A model generated the notes under the pieces. The model ran no database searches. It was not told the DNA's origin and saw nothing but the letters and a program-made list of their open reading frames with translations. From Phaeosaccion multiseriatum (taxonomy: Eukaryota > Protista > Ochrophyta, other classes): 64,000 nucleotides of DNA. The DNA is taken from NCBI GenBank assembly GCA_965112735.1, contig OZ218958.1, positions 620,001-684,000 on the forward strand, in the 5' to 3' direction. The stretch's first letter is position 1; each line of letters begins with the position of its first letter. Of the stretch, positions 44,576 to 57,916 are shown one piece after another. A program made the translations under genes and the position numbers.

Positions 44576-44990
44576 TGTGTGTGTGCCTAAACACGTACGC
44601 TCTCTCCCTCTCCTCTCTCTGTCTCTCTCTCTCCCACTCTGTCGCTCGCTCTCTCTCGCTCTCTCTCTCTCCCTCTCCCTCGCACTCCGTCTCGGAACAC
44701 GGCCATGCCCCCGCACAGACGCGGAAATGTTCACGCACACTCTACAGTACTGGATCCGCACTCAAAATCAGATAGAGGCCGAGGAAGTTGCCAACATGGC
44801 CAAGCACCGCAAGCAGAAACCCATCCCTCTACAGGACGAGACGGAGCAGTTTCTGGCACAGAAAGCGGCACAGAAAGAGGCGCAGAAGAAGGAGGAGGAG
44901 TTTCTGGCGCAGAAATTGGCCCAGAAAGTCATGATGGAACGCCGTCACCCCTCGTACGAGACCCCCCCTCCCTCCCCTTCCCAATCCGAT

Positions 44991-45024
<34 letters not shown>

Positions 45025-45229
45025 GGAAGGGCTCCTCTGATGGCGTGTCGATGGCCCTCAGTGGCGATGGCAGTGGAAGGAGGGGTAGTGCTGCCGGCGA
45101 CCACCCTCCCCACCCCCCTCCTGCTGCTGTTGCTGTGCATCCCGCTGGAGTGTCACCATGCACTCGCCAAGCACCTGGATCAGCTCCGTGGGGGACATCT
45201 GAAGGTGGGGGGGGGGGAGGAGGAGAAGG

Positions 45230-45271
<42 letters not shown>

Positions 45272-45506
45272 GCCATTGCCGCCCCCTCCCCCTCGGGAGA
45301 CTCCGGCTGGCGTTAGGCTGTCGTCTCGACCCGCCGACGACCTCGAGGCGCTACAAGTGTCAGGACTGGACAGGACGGGGGAGGAGCTGCCCGCCCTCCT
45401 GGCCAAGGCTGTGGCAAAGATGGCAACATACGGGCAAACGCCGCAGGAGAGGAGGGCCGCCCTCAGCCGCATGCTGCCCAACCACGGCGTGGGGCAGGAG
45501 GTGCGT

Positions 45507-45553
<47 letters not shown>

Positions 45554-47332
45554 GGTGGGTGTGCGTGTGTGTGCGTGTGTGTGTGTGTGTGGGTGTGTGT
45601 GTGTGTGTATTGTGTGTGTGTGTGTGTGTGTGTGTTTGTGTGTGTATTTTGTGTGTGTGTGTGTGTATGTATGTGTGTGGTGTGTGTGTGTATTGTGTGC
45701 GTGTGTGTGTGTGCGTGTGTGTGTGTATTGTGTGCGTGTGTGTATGTGTGTGTGTGTGTGTATTGTGTGCGTGTGTGTGTGTGTATCATCCCACCACTGC
45801 TGGTTAGCCCTACCCTACACACCTCAGCCCTCTTCTCCTCATGCTTTTACTCCCCTTCTCCCCCTCCGCCTCTCTCTTCCCCCCTTCCCTCCCTCCCTCC
45901 TCCCTTCCCCAAACAGGCCCAACCTCTGAACCAAGGCGATGCCATCCATGTATTCCAGCAGCTCGGGGTGGTGGCAAGAAAGGGAGAACTCGAGGCCATG
46001 TGGTATGAAGTACACAATCCCAAAAAGGGCTCCTCCATCCCCCGGGAGGGCACCGGGGCCACGGCAGGGTTCCTGTCCAGACGCGCCTTTCGGAACATCC
46101 TTGCACCCCCCGGGGAAGACTCAGCCCCCCTCGGGGACGGCTCCGACACAAGAGGTGCCACCCCCGAGTCGTCCTCCTCCCCCCCCCACCCCCCACCCTC
46201 CTCCTCCTCTCAATTCGCCGTTACGGTTACGGCTCCCTTCGCCACCTCTTTGCATAATGCTCCCCGCTCGAGGGCTGGCGGCGGCGACGACGACGACGAC
46301 AACGTGGACAACCAACACAACCATAAGGATGATAACAACAACGACGACGATGCATTACCTAAGCTCTGTCGTAGAGCCCAGAGCCGTGCGTTAGCGATGG
46401 GCCCCTCTGTGGCAGCTGCAGTGTTGCTCAATGCCCTCCCCAAGAGGAGCGCCCACAAGGAGGGTCTTCGATGCAGCAGGGCGGACATTCAAGCGGCGGT
46501 CCGGGCCTTGGGACTGGTGCCGGCGGCGGGGGAGCTTGAGAACTTTTATTGGGCGCTGGAGTTGGGTGAGTTTTAGGGGGGAGGAGAGGGAGAGGATGGA
46601 AGGTGGGAGGAGAGGAGCAGGGGGGGAGGGGGGGGTGTATGCTTGGTTGTTAGAAGAGGCAGGCATATCGCTTTTGCTCTCTCTCTCCGCCTGCTACTTC
46701 TCTTGTTGCTCTCCCTCACCTGCTACACTAACCCCGTCTGTTCTTTCTCTCGCTTGTCTCTCACCTGCATTGCCCCTATGTGCTCTCTCTCATCTGCTGC
46801 ACCTACGCCCTTCCCTCCCTCTTCCCTCTCTCTCTCTCTCTCTCTCTCACCTGCTACACCTACGCCCTTCCCTCCCTCTCTTCACTCTCTTGTCTCTCTC
46901 ACCTGCTACACTGCCCCTGGTCGCCCCCTCCCTCTCTTCAATCTCTCTCTCTCACCTGCTACACCTACGCCCTTTCTTCCTCTCTTCCCTCTCTCTCTCA
47001 CACACCTGCTACACCTACGCCCTTCCCTCCCTCTCTTGGCTCTCTCGCTATCACCTGCCTCTGCGGCTGCCTGTGTCGGCGGCAGGTGATGTGGGCGGTC
47101 CTCGCATCAGCCGAAGGGATGTGCGGAGGCTGTTGAGCGGGGAACTTTCCGAGATTGTTCTGCTGCCGGAGTGGGACGCTGACGTGGAGACACAGGTGGG
47201 TAGGGATACGAGAATAAGCATCCAGGAGGGCCAGGAGGGAGGGGGCGAGGGAGAAGCAGGAAGGGAGGGCCTGAGGGGCTCTCTCTCTCTCCCACACACG
47301 CACACACACACACACGCACACACACACACACG

Positions 47333-47364
<32 letters not shown>

Positions 47365-50300
47365 TGCACACACACCCTCTCTCTCCCTCTTCCCCTCGCT
47401 GTTTTTGTATTCTTCTAACCAGTACCTCTTGGATCAATCCGATTTATCAATTGTATCACTAACTAACGATTCTGCTGCTGCTGCGGCTGTTCTCCGAAGC
47501 AGGCCGGCCCGTCCCCCCGAAGGGGTTCAGGTGCACCCGTTGGTGGTACAGCGATCGGCCCTTGGGACAGAGACGAAGTTGTGCACCGGCACGGCATCGC
47601 GCCCAACAGTCATGCGGAGCCCCCGTCCACGGGCATGCAAGGGTACGTACTTTACAAATGAGGTTACGAAATACTTACGTAATACTTACATATTGGGGCA
47701 TAGCGGTCAAACCCGCCAGGTCCCCCGAGAGTGGGGGGGGGGGGGTGTAGCGGTGGCGGGTACTCCTTCGTCGTCCTCGTCCTTCTCGCTGTCTTCCCCC
47801 AATGCTCGTCTCCTTACCGTTGTCTGCCCCCTCCTCCTCCTCTTTCTCCTCCTACTACTACTTCTCTCGAATCCAGCGTTCTCAAAGAAGGAGATGCAGG
47901 AGTAGCAGTAGCAGCATCAGCAGTTGGTACTACGGCCGCCCCTCCCCCCCAGGCGGGTGATAGCAAGCATCAGCCTGACTGGGTGTACGGTCGTCGCCGC
48001 TCGATGGCATCAGATAAGCAGAACCGCTCCACTTTCTCCTTCACGTGAGTGCATTAGTGCGTTTCTGAAACGTCATTTTCTTTGGTGGTGTACATACAAC
48101 AACCTTGGACTTCCATGAAAAAGTGGACATAAATGTATAACCAAGGGGATGGGTCTTCCCTAGTAGTCTCTTTTCTATACGTCTCTACGGCAACAGTGAA
48201 CGAACAAAACGACCCCTCTATGCTCTACGCTGTGCCCATCCGCTGCCATCCATTCCATTCCATTCCATCTCACTCTCTCTCTCTCTCTCTGTGCAGTCCT
48301 TCCAGTGGCGACACGACTGGAGCCCCAGGCCAAGCCCAAGGGCGAGGGCAAGGCCAACGAGGGGAGGAGGATGGCTCGCACTCATCACACGTGCCGTACC
48401 AGCCACACCTGGAGGGCGGGCAGACGTCGGAGCTTGTTTCTTGTTCCTCTTCTTCTTCTTCTTCTTCGTCCTCGGCGGCACTGGGTAATGGGCATGGTGT
48501 GGGGGGTGCGAAGGGGCCCTATCAACCCCACTTGTCCAGCAAGACGGGGGGCATCATCTTTGGAGGACAAGGAGAGCAAGGGGGAGGAGGGGGAGGAGGA
48601 GGAGGAGGAGGAGGAGGAGGAGGAGGAGGAGGAGGAGGAGAAGGAGGAGGAAGAGATAGAAGAGGAGGGACAGGGGCCCGAGTGGGCATCATGGGAGACC
48701 GAATTCGCTTGCAGCAAGTGGTGGCCACCCTCCTGGCGCAGAGGAAGAGCGTAGCCGAGGTAAGCGTTGGCCGATGAACGAACAGGAGGCATGTTGGCGT
48801 GTCACATGCTGGCTTGTCAAGGTTCCTCCCTGTCCCTCTCTCTCCCCTTCCGTCTTCCTCTCCCTCTCTCCTCTGGTGCTGTGAAGATCCCCTCGAAAGA
48901 TGGATGCAGGATCTCTTTCATCCTCCCTCCTCCTACTACTACTACTGCTACTGCTACTACTACCACTACTCCTACTACTACTACTACTACTACTATGTAC
49001 TACTACTACTATTCCTACTACTACTACTACTACTACTACTCCTTCGACTACTTGTACTATTCCTACTACTACTCCGACTACTACTACTCCTCCTCCCACG
49101 ACGACTAAACTGAAGTTTCTCCTACTACATCTTCTCCTCTTACCACAAGCCACCCCCACCCCACCCCACATACACATTCCCCATGGCCTCCTCTCACTCC
49201 CCGCGTGGCGTGCGCTCTTCCTGCTCTCTCCAAGGCTGTTCGGAACAACTGTGACGAGGAGGGTGAGCTCGACGGAGTGGAGCTGGCGGGTGTGTTTGAC
49301 CATCTGAGTGGACCCTTGGGTCTGGGACTCACACACCAAGACTCCATAGCAATGGCCACCTCTGCACGTAAGTCAGGGATGATTCGTTTTTCCTTCGGTT
49401 CTTTTTTTTTTTAAATTCGCTTCAGTTTCAGTTACTGAGGCGCCTTCCCTCCCCGTACACCTCTAACATCTCACCTTGCCGGCCCCCTCGTCCACCACTC
49501 CCGCCCACCTCTCTCCTCTCCACACCCCTCCCACCCCTCCCCCCATCCACTGCCATCCCTACAACCCTGCCGAGCAGTGAAGCACAGTAGAGAGAGGGGT
49601 GGAGACGGCGTGGCGCTATCCCACATCTCTCTTTCTGAGTGGCTCAAGGACACGCATGCCTCCGCTGCAGAAGGGTGAGTGAGTGAGGGAGTGAGGGAGT
49701 GAGGGAGTGAGGGAGGGAGTGGCTATCTGATGGACTTCCTGACAGACTGTCTGACAGACTGACTGACAGAGTGAGTGAGTGAGTGATTGAGTAAGTGGGA
49801 GGGAGTGCTCTCTTTCTCTTCGCTTCTCTTCCTCCTTCCGTCCATCCCTCTCGTCTTTCTCTCTTTTCCCTCTCCGTGTCTCTCCATCCCCCTCTATCTC
49901 TCGCACACACGTTCGCACTTACCCTCCCTCCCCCCCCCCCTCGCCCAACCTCTCCTTCCTCACTCTCCCGCCTCTTGTCCCCATCCCGTAACGGCAGCAG
50001 CACTCAACCCAACGGCAGCAGCAACTCCAGCCACCCAAGCAGCTCCGGCGGCGGCGGCTCCGGCGGCATTGGAGGTCGACGAAGCTCCCTCTCCAGTAAA
50101 CAAGTATTTGGCGGGTCGCAAGTAGGCAACCTTATCTCCTCTCCCTCCTCCTCCCCCTCCTCGACGGCATCGATGCGAATGGTGAAGCAGAGGCCCGCGC
50201 TTGATCCCTCCGCTGCTGGAGGGGTCAAGAAGCAAGTTGGAGGCGTATCAGCCTGCCTCCACAATGAAGGAGGAGGAGGAGGAGGAGGAGGAGGAGGAGG

Positions 50301-51428
50301 AGGAGGAGGAGGAGGAGGGGAGGGGGTGCAGGGTGGGTGGAGTGGGAGTGATGGTGGGAGGAGTAGGAATGGCAGTGGTAGTAACATCTTCCAACAATCG
50401 AGTAGTGGTGCCGAGGAGGACCAACAGGAGGAGCAGGACGGGAGGTCTGCAGCCAGCAGAGAGCACATGCTGACAGAGAAGGTGAAGGAACGCTTCTTCA
50501 CTTCGAATTCATATCTTCGCCAGCTGTGGAGGGGCCCTGTGGGCGGCAGGGTGGCCGCGGCGAGGCAGCTGAGGAGGACTTTTTTGTCCTTCTCGGCAGG
50601 GGCTGTGGGTGAGTGAGGGAGGGAGGGAGGGAGGGAGGGAGGGAGGGAGGGAGGGAGAGAAGGGAGTATGCGTTTCAACGGGCTTGGGTGGTTTGTTTCT
50701 TGCTTGCTTCCCTTGCTCACCGCCCGTCTCACGGTGGCAAGTCCCTCAACTCCATCCTCTTTTGTCATGGTGCTTTATACCTCCCTCCCTCCCTGCCTCT
50801 CTCTCTCCCTCCCATCGACTGCCATCCACCCCTCACATCCACTGCCATCCCTCCCTTCCTCCCATGCACCGCCAACCACCCCACCCCCAGGCGAGGACTT
50901 GGCCGCCGGAGATGACGTGAGCGTCCGCAGTGAGGATGTGCAGCACGTGCTGGTGGAGGCGGGAATCATCCTCTCCAACGATGAGGTGCGTGGAGTATGT
51001 CAATGGGTGGGTGGGTGCTTGGGTGGATGTGTGTGTGTGAAGGAGGCGAGGCGAGGAGGGGAGAAGGCTATCTTGCCGCTCTCTCTCTCTCTCTACCTCT
51101 CCCTTCGCTTCCTTCCCTCCCTCACGCCCTCACGCACCCCCGCCCCGCCCCCCAAATGTAACTGTCAACCTGCACGTACGTCATTGACAAACCACCAACC
51201 CAGGTGGAGCACTTCCTCCGCACCATGTCCAAGCAGATACATCCCCACGGACCGTTACGCGGAACGATCTGCGCAGATGGCAGCGGAAGGACGCACGCAG
51301 ACGGAGAGGCGGCCGTGCGCTACCTTCCGAAGGGAGGGGTGGCGGTGGAGGAGTGGGTATCGGTCAAGGAGCTTACCCAATTCATCACCCATTTGATGAC
51401 CACAGGCACCACCTCTCTCCTCTGCTAA
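42856..51428 (+). CDS. Large multi-exon hypothetical protein with low-complexity linkers (possibly degenerate EF-hand-like modules)
   Basis: GT-AG bounded coding-like exons (MNSISGFGG..., ELERYSKLAHEQ..., DAEMFTHTLQYW..., AIHVFQQLGV..., EDVQHVLVEAGIILSNDE|VEHFLRTM...WVSVKELTQFI) separated by microsatellite introns; could be more than one gene. Confidence 0.5.
46710..47060 (+). repeat. Intronic ~40-60 bp minisatellite with core CTCACCTGCTACACCTACGCCCTT
   Basis: Core recurs about 7 times with variation. Confidence 0.8.
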
Positions 51429-52161
51429 CTTTCAAAGTCTGTTGCTATAACGAAGTACTAAGTATTACGTAAACCAGCTCTGCCAAAGTACGTTGTAGAT
51501 TGAATGGATGGGCGGGTGGGTGGGATGGTTGGATGGGAATGGGTGGGTTTTGTGTGAGTGAATGAATGCACACATGCATGCGTGCCTGGTTATATTGGGT
51601 GTACAGTGCTTCCCACCCGCCCCACACAACAACTTCTACCAACCATGTTAAATGTGTTGGACATGGACACACACCGAAATTAAACAACGTCAAACCCATC
51701 CTTCTCGGTAGCTAGCGTATCGTAGCGTATCGTAGCTACGAAGGGGGCTCGTATCTAATCCTCTGACCTCTGCTTTGTTTTGAATCCAATCCAAGGCTAC
51801 GGAATCGTACTTAACAAAGAGGCTCTCTGATGTCATGTTTTGAACCCAAGGCTACCGCCGGAGAAGAGGGTGGTGTGTGTGTGTGTGTGTCAGCGTCACC
51901 CCAAGTTCTGCTCCTGCTGCTGTATCACCAACTGCTGCTGCCGCAGTTACCCTCCTGCCCCCGCCCGGACGAGAGCTGTGGTGGCACTCTATGGCATCCT
52001 TCCCCTCTCTGCCCTACGCTGGTCTGCTCTGCCCCTTCACATCGAGGCTGCATCCTCCTGCGCTTCAAAATTTGATCGACTTTGTAGATCGAATAATACA
52101 TCACAAAGACATATGTACGCACACACATGCCTGAGCTCACTTAACGATACAACCCTCCTCA

Positions 52162-52801
52162 CTACTTGCTCTCCTTCACTCCTTCCGCCTCAACCTGCTC
52201 GTTCAGCTTCGCCCTTCGCTGCTCTGCCGCTGCCCTTGCTTTCCCCTCAAGCTTGTCGAGACACAGCAGGATGGACTGATAAGACTCTTCGCAGAGGGTT
52301 TCCGCCTTGTCGTCCCTCCCCCCCGCCCCCCCTCCCGCCCCGGGGTGATCTCCTGCCTCTGCTGCGGCGTTGGCCCTTGCCTGTGCTTGTTTAAAGGCTG
52401 CCGATTCCCTCTTACACGCCACGCTGGCCGTGCAGAGCTGCAGGGCAATGGCGGCGCGTTGGCATCGAGCCTCGTCATTGCTTTGTCGTGTTTCCGAGTC
52501 GGTACAGACGGGACGGAGAGAGAGAGAGAGCGGGAGGGAGAGGGAGGGAGGAAGAGACAGAGCGAGAGGGGGGGCGTGTGTGAGGGAGGAGGAGGGGGGG
52601 GGGTGATGCGTGGAGGTAGAGAGGGCGGGAGAGGGGGAGGGGGGAGGATGTGTTACGGGCACACACACGGGGACGAAGGGGTGTGAAGAAGAGTTAACTG
52701 TTGCTTGACATTTAGTGAAGACAAGATCCAAGCACGGCCGAAGTAGACGCACACACAGAGAGAGGGGGAGAGACAGTATGAGGAGAGGGCGAGACAGACA
52801 G

Positions 52802-52837
<36 letters not shown>

Positions 52838-52934
52838 CATGTGGCAGCAATGGAGACCCGCAAGAGGGGAGAGGCCTCGAGGTGTACTATGGAGCTGCGA
52901 AGCATCAATCTGGGAGACTAAAGAGCGCGGCAAC

Positions 52935-52972
<38 letters not shown>

Positions 52973-55900
52973 CCGCCGCTGCTGCTGCTGCTGCTGCTGC
53001 TCTTACTCGAAGCTTTCACGCATTCCGAGTCCCACTAAGTAAGAGCAAAGACTGCCCCTGGGACTCAGGCAGCGCCAAGGAGTGGACAAGAAGAGGCCCG
53101 GTGAAGGCACTCTCTTGTCCGGCGCGTCGGGTGAAGCGACACCTCCGGAAGAACAAAAGAAAGGAAACGTAACACACCGAACCACGGGTACACAAGGCAC
53201 AATACACATACTCACTCACTCACTCACTCACCCGCAATTCTTGACGTCCTCCATCTGGGCAAAGCAAGTGGTCTTGATGCTCTCCGACAGCTTCAACACA
53301 TCCTCCACCTCTGCTTCATCATCCTCCCCTCCTCCTGGCCAAAGCTTGCCTCCAGTCAGCTCCTTCAAGCCTTCCTTGGCCTCGTCTGCAAGCCTCGAGC
53401 CCAGCAAGCCAAGCGTTCCCGTGATTGAGGACGAGGGGGAGGGTACAGGAGGAAACCACGGCAGCGCGGGAAAGACAGGAAGGCTCTCGGCTTGTTCGCG
53501 TCGGCGAAAGACCGGCATTTTGAATAACCGATCGAAAAGGGCCTCGGCGCTGTCCATGGCTGGGCGGACGTCGAGCTGGGCAAGTAAGTGAGTAAAGAAG
53601 GAAGGAAGGAAGGAAGGAAGGAAGAAAGGAAGGAAGGAAGGAAGGAAGGAAGGAAGGAAGGAAGGAAGGAAGGAAGGAAGGAAGGAAGGAAGGAAGGAAG
53701 GAAGGAAGGAAGGAAGGAGGGAAGGAAGGAAAGAAGGAAGGAAGCAATTGATGGATGGGGGAAGGGGGGTGTGGGGGTACGTACGTGAGTGACGATGGGA
53801 CAGATTGACGCGAGAGGTGAGAGGTGAGAGAGCGTCCGCTGATGATGCAAGCACGAGTCGAAGGGGGGTTGGACTTGCGTACGTATGCATAACATAGGTC
53901 GCAGCGTAGCGTTCAAAACACACACACATACATACACAGAGGTAGAGACACAGAGGTAGAGACACAGAGAGACAGAAAGAGAAATAGAGAGAAAGAGGGA
54001 GAGAGAAAGAGAGACAGAGAGAAAGAAAGAGAGAAAGAACGAGAGAGAGAAAGCCAAAGAGAGAAAGAGAGAGATTTAAGAGCTCTCCCGACCCACCTTG
54101 ATGGACTTGACTTTGTCCGTACTGTGCAGCTCGGGCACCTCGTCCCCTCCCTCCCCTCCCTCCTCCGTGTCCTGGTGGTAGTAGTCGATAACGTAGCGCA
54201 CCAACTTGCCGCCCCTGTCCACCACCCAGTCGTGGCGGTCGAAGGGTTCGGGGTAGCCGCACATCATGCGCAGGTAGGCCTGTCGGTTATTCGGTAGTGT
54301 GAAGTGATGAGAAACAGCATGGGTTGGTGGTAGGGGATTTTGCTTCAAAACCACAGCAAAAACAACGACGAAATCAAAATAAAATACAACACACACAAGA
54401 AGTAGACTGTACAGCAACCTTCCCCTTCTCCTTCCCCTTCTCCTTCCCCTTCTCCTTTTTTGTCGCGTCCCTCACCTTCGGCGACAGCTCATGCGGTCTA
54501 CCCAAGAAGCGCAGAAGCTTGGGCTCCTCTCCCTCCCCCCCACTTTTGAGGTGGAGTGCCTCCCACATCATGACCTCTTTCCATGTGCGCTCATTCATGT
54601 TGTTGTGAATGGCCACCACCACGTCCATGTCTTGCTCCTCCGTGTCTCCGACCTTGTTCTGGGTAAGGTCAGGCACCGCCGTGTTTTGTGTTTGTGGAAG
54701 TGGTTGTGTTTGCGTTGATTCAACATTCAGGGTGGTAAAAGAGGTGAGTCCATTTCAGTGTGTGCTTGTGCAGAGAGGTTGAAAGACTTGGGGGGGAGAG
54801 AGCGCTCACTCCGTCATACACCACCGCAGATAGCATCCTCAGAGGCATCTGCTGTTGCGTAACACACATACGTATGTATACATACACAGCATCCATCCAT
54901 ACATCGTAAATACATACATACATACATACATACATACATACATACATACATACATACATACATACATACATACATACATACATACATGCATGCATATACA
55001 TTCACATACCTTCCTAACCAGAGCGTTCCAGAACATCTGCGGCGAGGGGTAAGTCCAGGTGCTGTCCTCTGTGCCCCCCTTTGGAATGGTGCTTGGCACT
55101 CGGCCCGTGCTCAGCGACTCCTGCGCAAAGGGATTGGAGGTGTGAGTATGAGAGAGAGATGGGGGGGGGGGGGGGGAGCGGGGGGGAGAGGGAGAGGGAG
55201 AGGGAGAGAGGGTGAGGGAGAGGAGAAAGGCGCGCGTCCGGGGGGGGGCGGGTATCAATCAGTCACAAGCAACCTTTCGCTAGAGCGAGCACTCAGGTTC
55301 ACTGCAGACCTATGTTGCTGCTAATTTATGGCGATTGGTACTCTGGTAAGGTCTACCGGCGGAACACCCACCTTCTGATTTGGGGCCGGCTCTTGGTTGG
55401 CAGTGGTAGGCATGTTGTTCGTTGGGTCGATCTTCTGGGCTGCAACATGTAAGAGAGCAAGATACGCAGGCGGCCATCGAGGAGAGAGAAAGGTAAGGAG
55501 TCAGGGCGCTTCTCCATTAACTAGAAGAGAGAGGAAGGAAAGGGGGAGGACCAGCGACAACTGACTCGGGCCGTGTACCCCCCTTCCCACGTCAACGCTT
55601 ACAATAGACGTTAAAGACGTTCTTGTTGATGTACTTGTCCCTGGCAGCCCCTTTCACAGGGCACTTGCTGCTGGCCTTCTTCTCCCCTGCCGCTCCTGGC
55701 GCCTGCTCTTCTCTGCTGCCGCTGCTGCTGCTGCTGCTGCTGTTGCCACCGCTGGTGGGAGCTGCGGGGGAGGGGTGCCCCATCGGTAGGCGTCCTCCAA
55801 GCCATTTGGCCCACGCCGCTCTGGTCTTGGGATTCACAGGACATCTGCTCTCCCCTTCTGTCTCCCCCTTTGCTGCTCCTGCAGCTAATGCTGGAGCTTG

Positions 55901-56092
55901 CGTTGGTGTCGGTGCCGCTGACGCCTGAGCTGCTCCTGTCGCTGCTGTGCTGTCTCTTTTATGGTAGGACAGTAGCTGCTGCACCACTGATTCCTCAGGG
56001 GCCATCCCTGTCCTCTGCTGCGGCAGGCCGCTTGCCTCGCGCTTTTTTTCTCTCTTGGACACGTGAGTTGGCTGTACGTCGTTGGGTGCCAT
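52162..56092 (-). CDS. HCCS: Cytochrome c/c1 heme lyase (holocytochrome c synthase) with a Cys-rich C-terminal extension
   Basis: CPV heme-regulatory motifs (SRCPVN, SKCPVK); [19 protein letters not shown]; [10 protein letters not shown]; [16 protein letters not shown]; [19 protein letters not shown]; LDVRPAMDS. Start may be at 56005. Confidence 0.93.
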
Positions 56093-56143
56093 CGACTGCC
56101 TAATAGTAACGGATTTTCTTTCTTTTGCATCCCCCCACTCTTC

Positions 56144-56469
56144 ATGGACTCCTCATCGTCGACTTTGGCACAGCGAAAGCGGCTTTGGGAAGCGGCACAG
56201 AGCCTGCTCGATCAGTGGGAGCAGCAGAAGCACCAGGAGAAGGAGGAAGGATGGGCGGGGGAGGGGAGAAGGGAGGGAGAGGACGGGAGAGAGGGTAAGT
56301 CGATGCGGCGCCTTGCTCGAGTTCTTCGAGCCCGTCAGGAGGTGGTGCGGAGAGGCGGGGAGCTGCAGAAGATCCACGTGGGCCTGCTGAAGGAGCGGAA
56401 CCTCTACGCATCCAAGCTGCTGGACGTGAAGCTCCTCCTGCAAAGACACCATCGACAGCGGTTGGAAGG

Positions 56470-56500
<31 letters not shown>

Positions 56501-56668
56501 GAGGAGGAGGAGGAGGAGGAGGAGGAGGAGGAGCCGCAAGAGAAAGAGGAGACCGGACTTGCTGATGGAGGGCACGACACCGCGGACGAGGGAGAAGGTT
56601 CTCTCTTTGCCGGTGTGCTGGACATTCTCCTCGAGGCGGAGGAAGAAAGACTGCACCACGTACATTAA
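56144..56668 (+). CDS. Small single-exon protein with an EB1 C-terminal (EBH)-like motif and no CH domain
   Basis: LLKERNLYASKLLDVKLLLQ...GVLDILLEAEEE resembles the EB1 pattern LEKERDFYFGKLRNIELICQ...IVDILYATDE. Confidence 0.6.
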
Positions 56669-57066
56669 AGGAGATGGAGGGCAGGACCTGGGGAGATGAT
56701 GGCAGCAGCAGCAGCAGCAGCAGGAGGGAGCAGGGGCACACTGACTAAGTGAAAAGCTCGGTCGGCAGTCAGGGGGGTGTGTGGCGGCTCCGTCTCCTCG
56801 CTGTGCGTACGTGTTGAGCAGCTATATCCTCCCGGCTTTGATCTAAATCGATTGATCGGCCACCGCGCCCCAGTCCATCCCTCGTTGCAAAGGAAGAGGG
56901 GTGAAGCTTGTGTGTGGGAAGAGGAGCGGGACTTACGGGCTCACATTAACTCAGCGCGAGTGAGGCACCAGAGAAGCGGCCTTGCGAGGAGGGGCTTGCT
57001 ATGCACGTTTGTGACTCAGAGCACTTGTAGAGGCCCGGCGGGGGCGGGTCAACGTTTATCAAGGCC

Positions 57067-57101
<35 letters not shown>

Positions 57102-57916
57102 TGTGGGGGTAGTGCGCGGGCATCTATCTGGGCTCCACAACGAGTGGCAGGACCCCACACTTCCGCCTGGCCAGAGTCCACGGCTGTCCTCCGGTGGAGG
57201 AGCACGGGAAGGCGCTCAGTAGTAGCAGTAGCAGGAGCAGCAGGAGGAGGAGGAGGAGGAGGAGGAGGAGGAGCGTAAGCAGTGGCAGCAGAAGCAGCAG
57301 CAGAAGCTGGTGATGCAGCTATGGTACCAGCTTTGGTTCCATAACACCACCCCGACGTACTCTCGACGTGTAGGCCCACTACGGCCAAGGCACTGCACGA
57401 ATGGAATGTGGGGGGGGGCGACACGGACAGGACAGACAAGAATAGTCAACCCCCGAGTTGGAAGAAAGGCCCCTCCCTGGGGGGTCCGCCGGTATCTGCA
57501 TCTGTCTGCTGGAGCGGAATAGTGACGGTGACACTCGCTCGGGCTGTTACTTCCAACATGGAACTAATCGGAGTGGAGTGGATGGCAGTGGACGTGCTTT
57601 GGCGTGCTATGCCAATCTCGTGGCCCCCCCCCCCCCCCCCCCCAAGAACTATTCGCTTCCGAAACTATCCATCCAACTAGGTGGCTCACAGCCTCCTCTG
57701 GCCCTCCCGCTGGTACATGACCCTCTACTCTCTTTTCTCCCGACTCATCCAGGCCACTAACGACCGCTCGTTCGGTTTTCCTCTTTTGTGCAGTCGTTCG
57801 GGGTCACGCAAAAGTAGCAGATTCTACTTTTAAAATCGAGAAATCGAAATTTGAACCGATAATGCTTCTCTCCTTCTCAAAAAGCCGCTTGCTGCGCCTG
57901 GTCGCAGGCCCTCGCG

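Noticed and set aside
45463-45822. CVCV/HTHT-rich ORFs (also 44436-44761, 46998-47437, 54720-55052)
   Set aside because: Translations of (TG)n, (CA)n and (TACA)n intronic microsatellites.
56750-57760. Possible small gene between the EB1-like and ATPase-like ORFs (also an exon-like stretch at 59800-60040)
   Set aside because: No consistent reading frame or recognisable motif could be assembled by eye.
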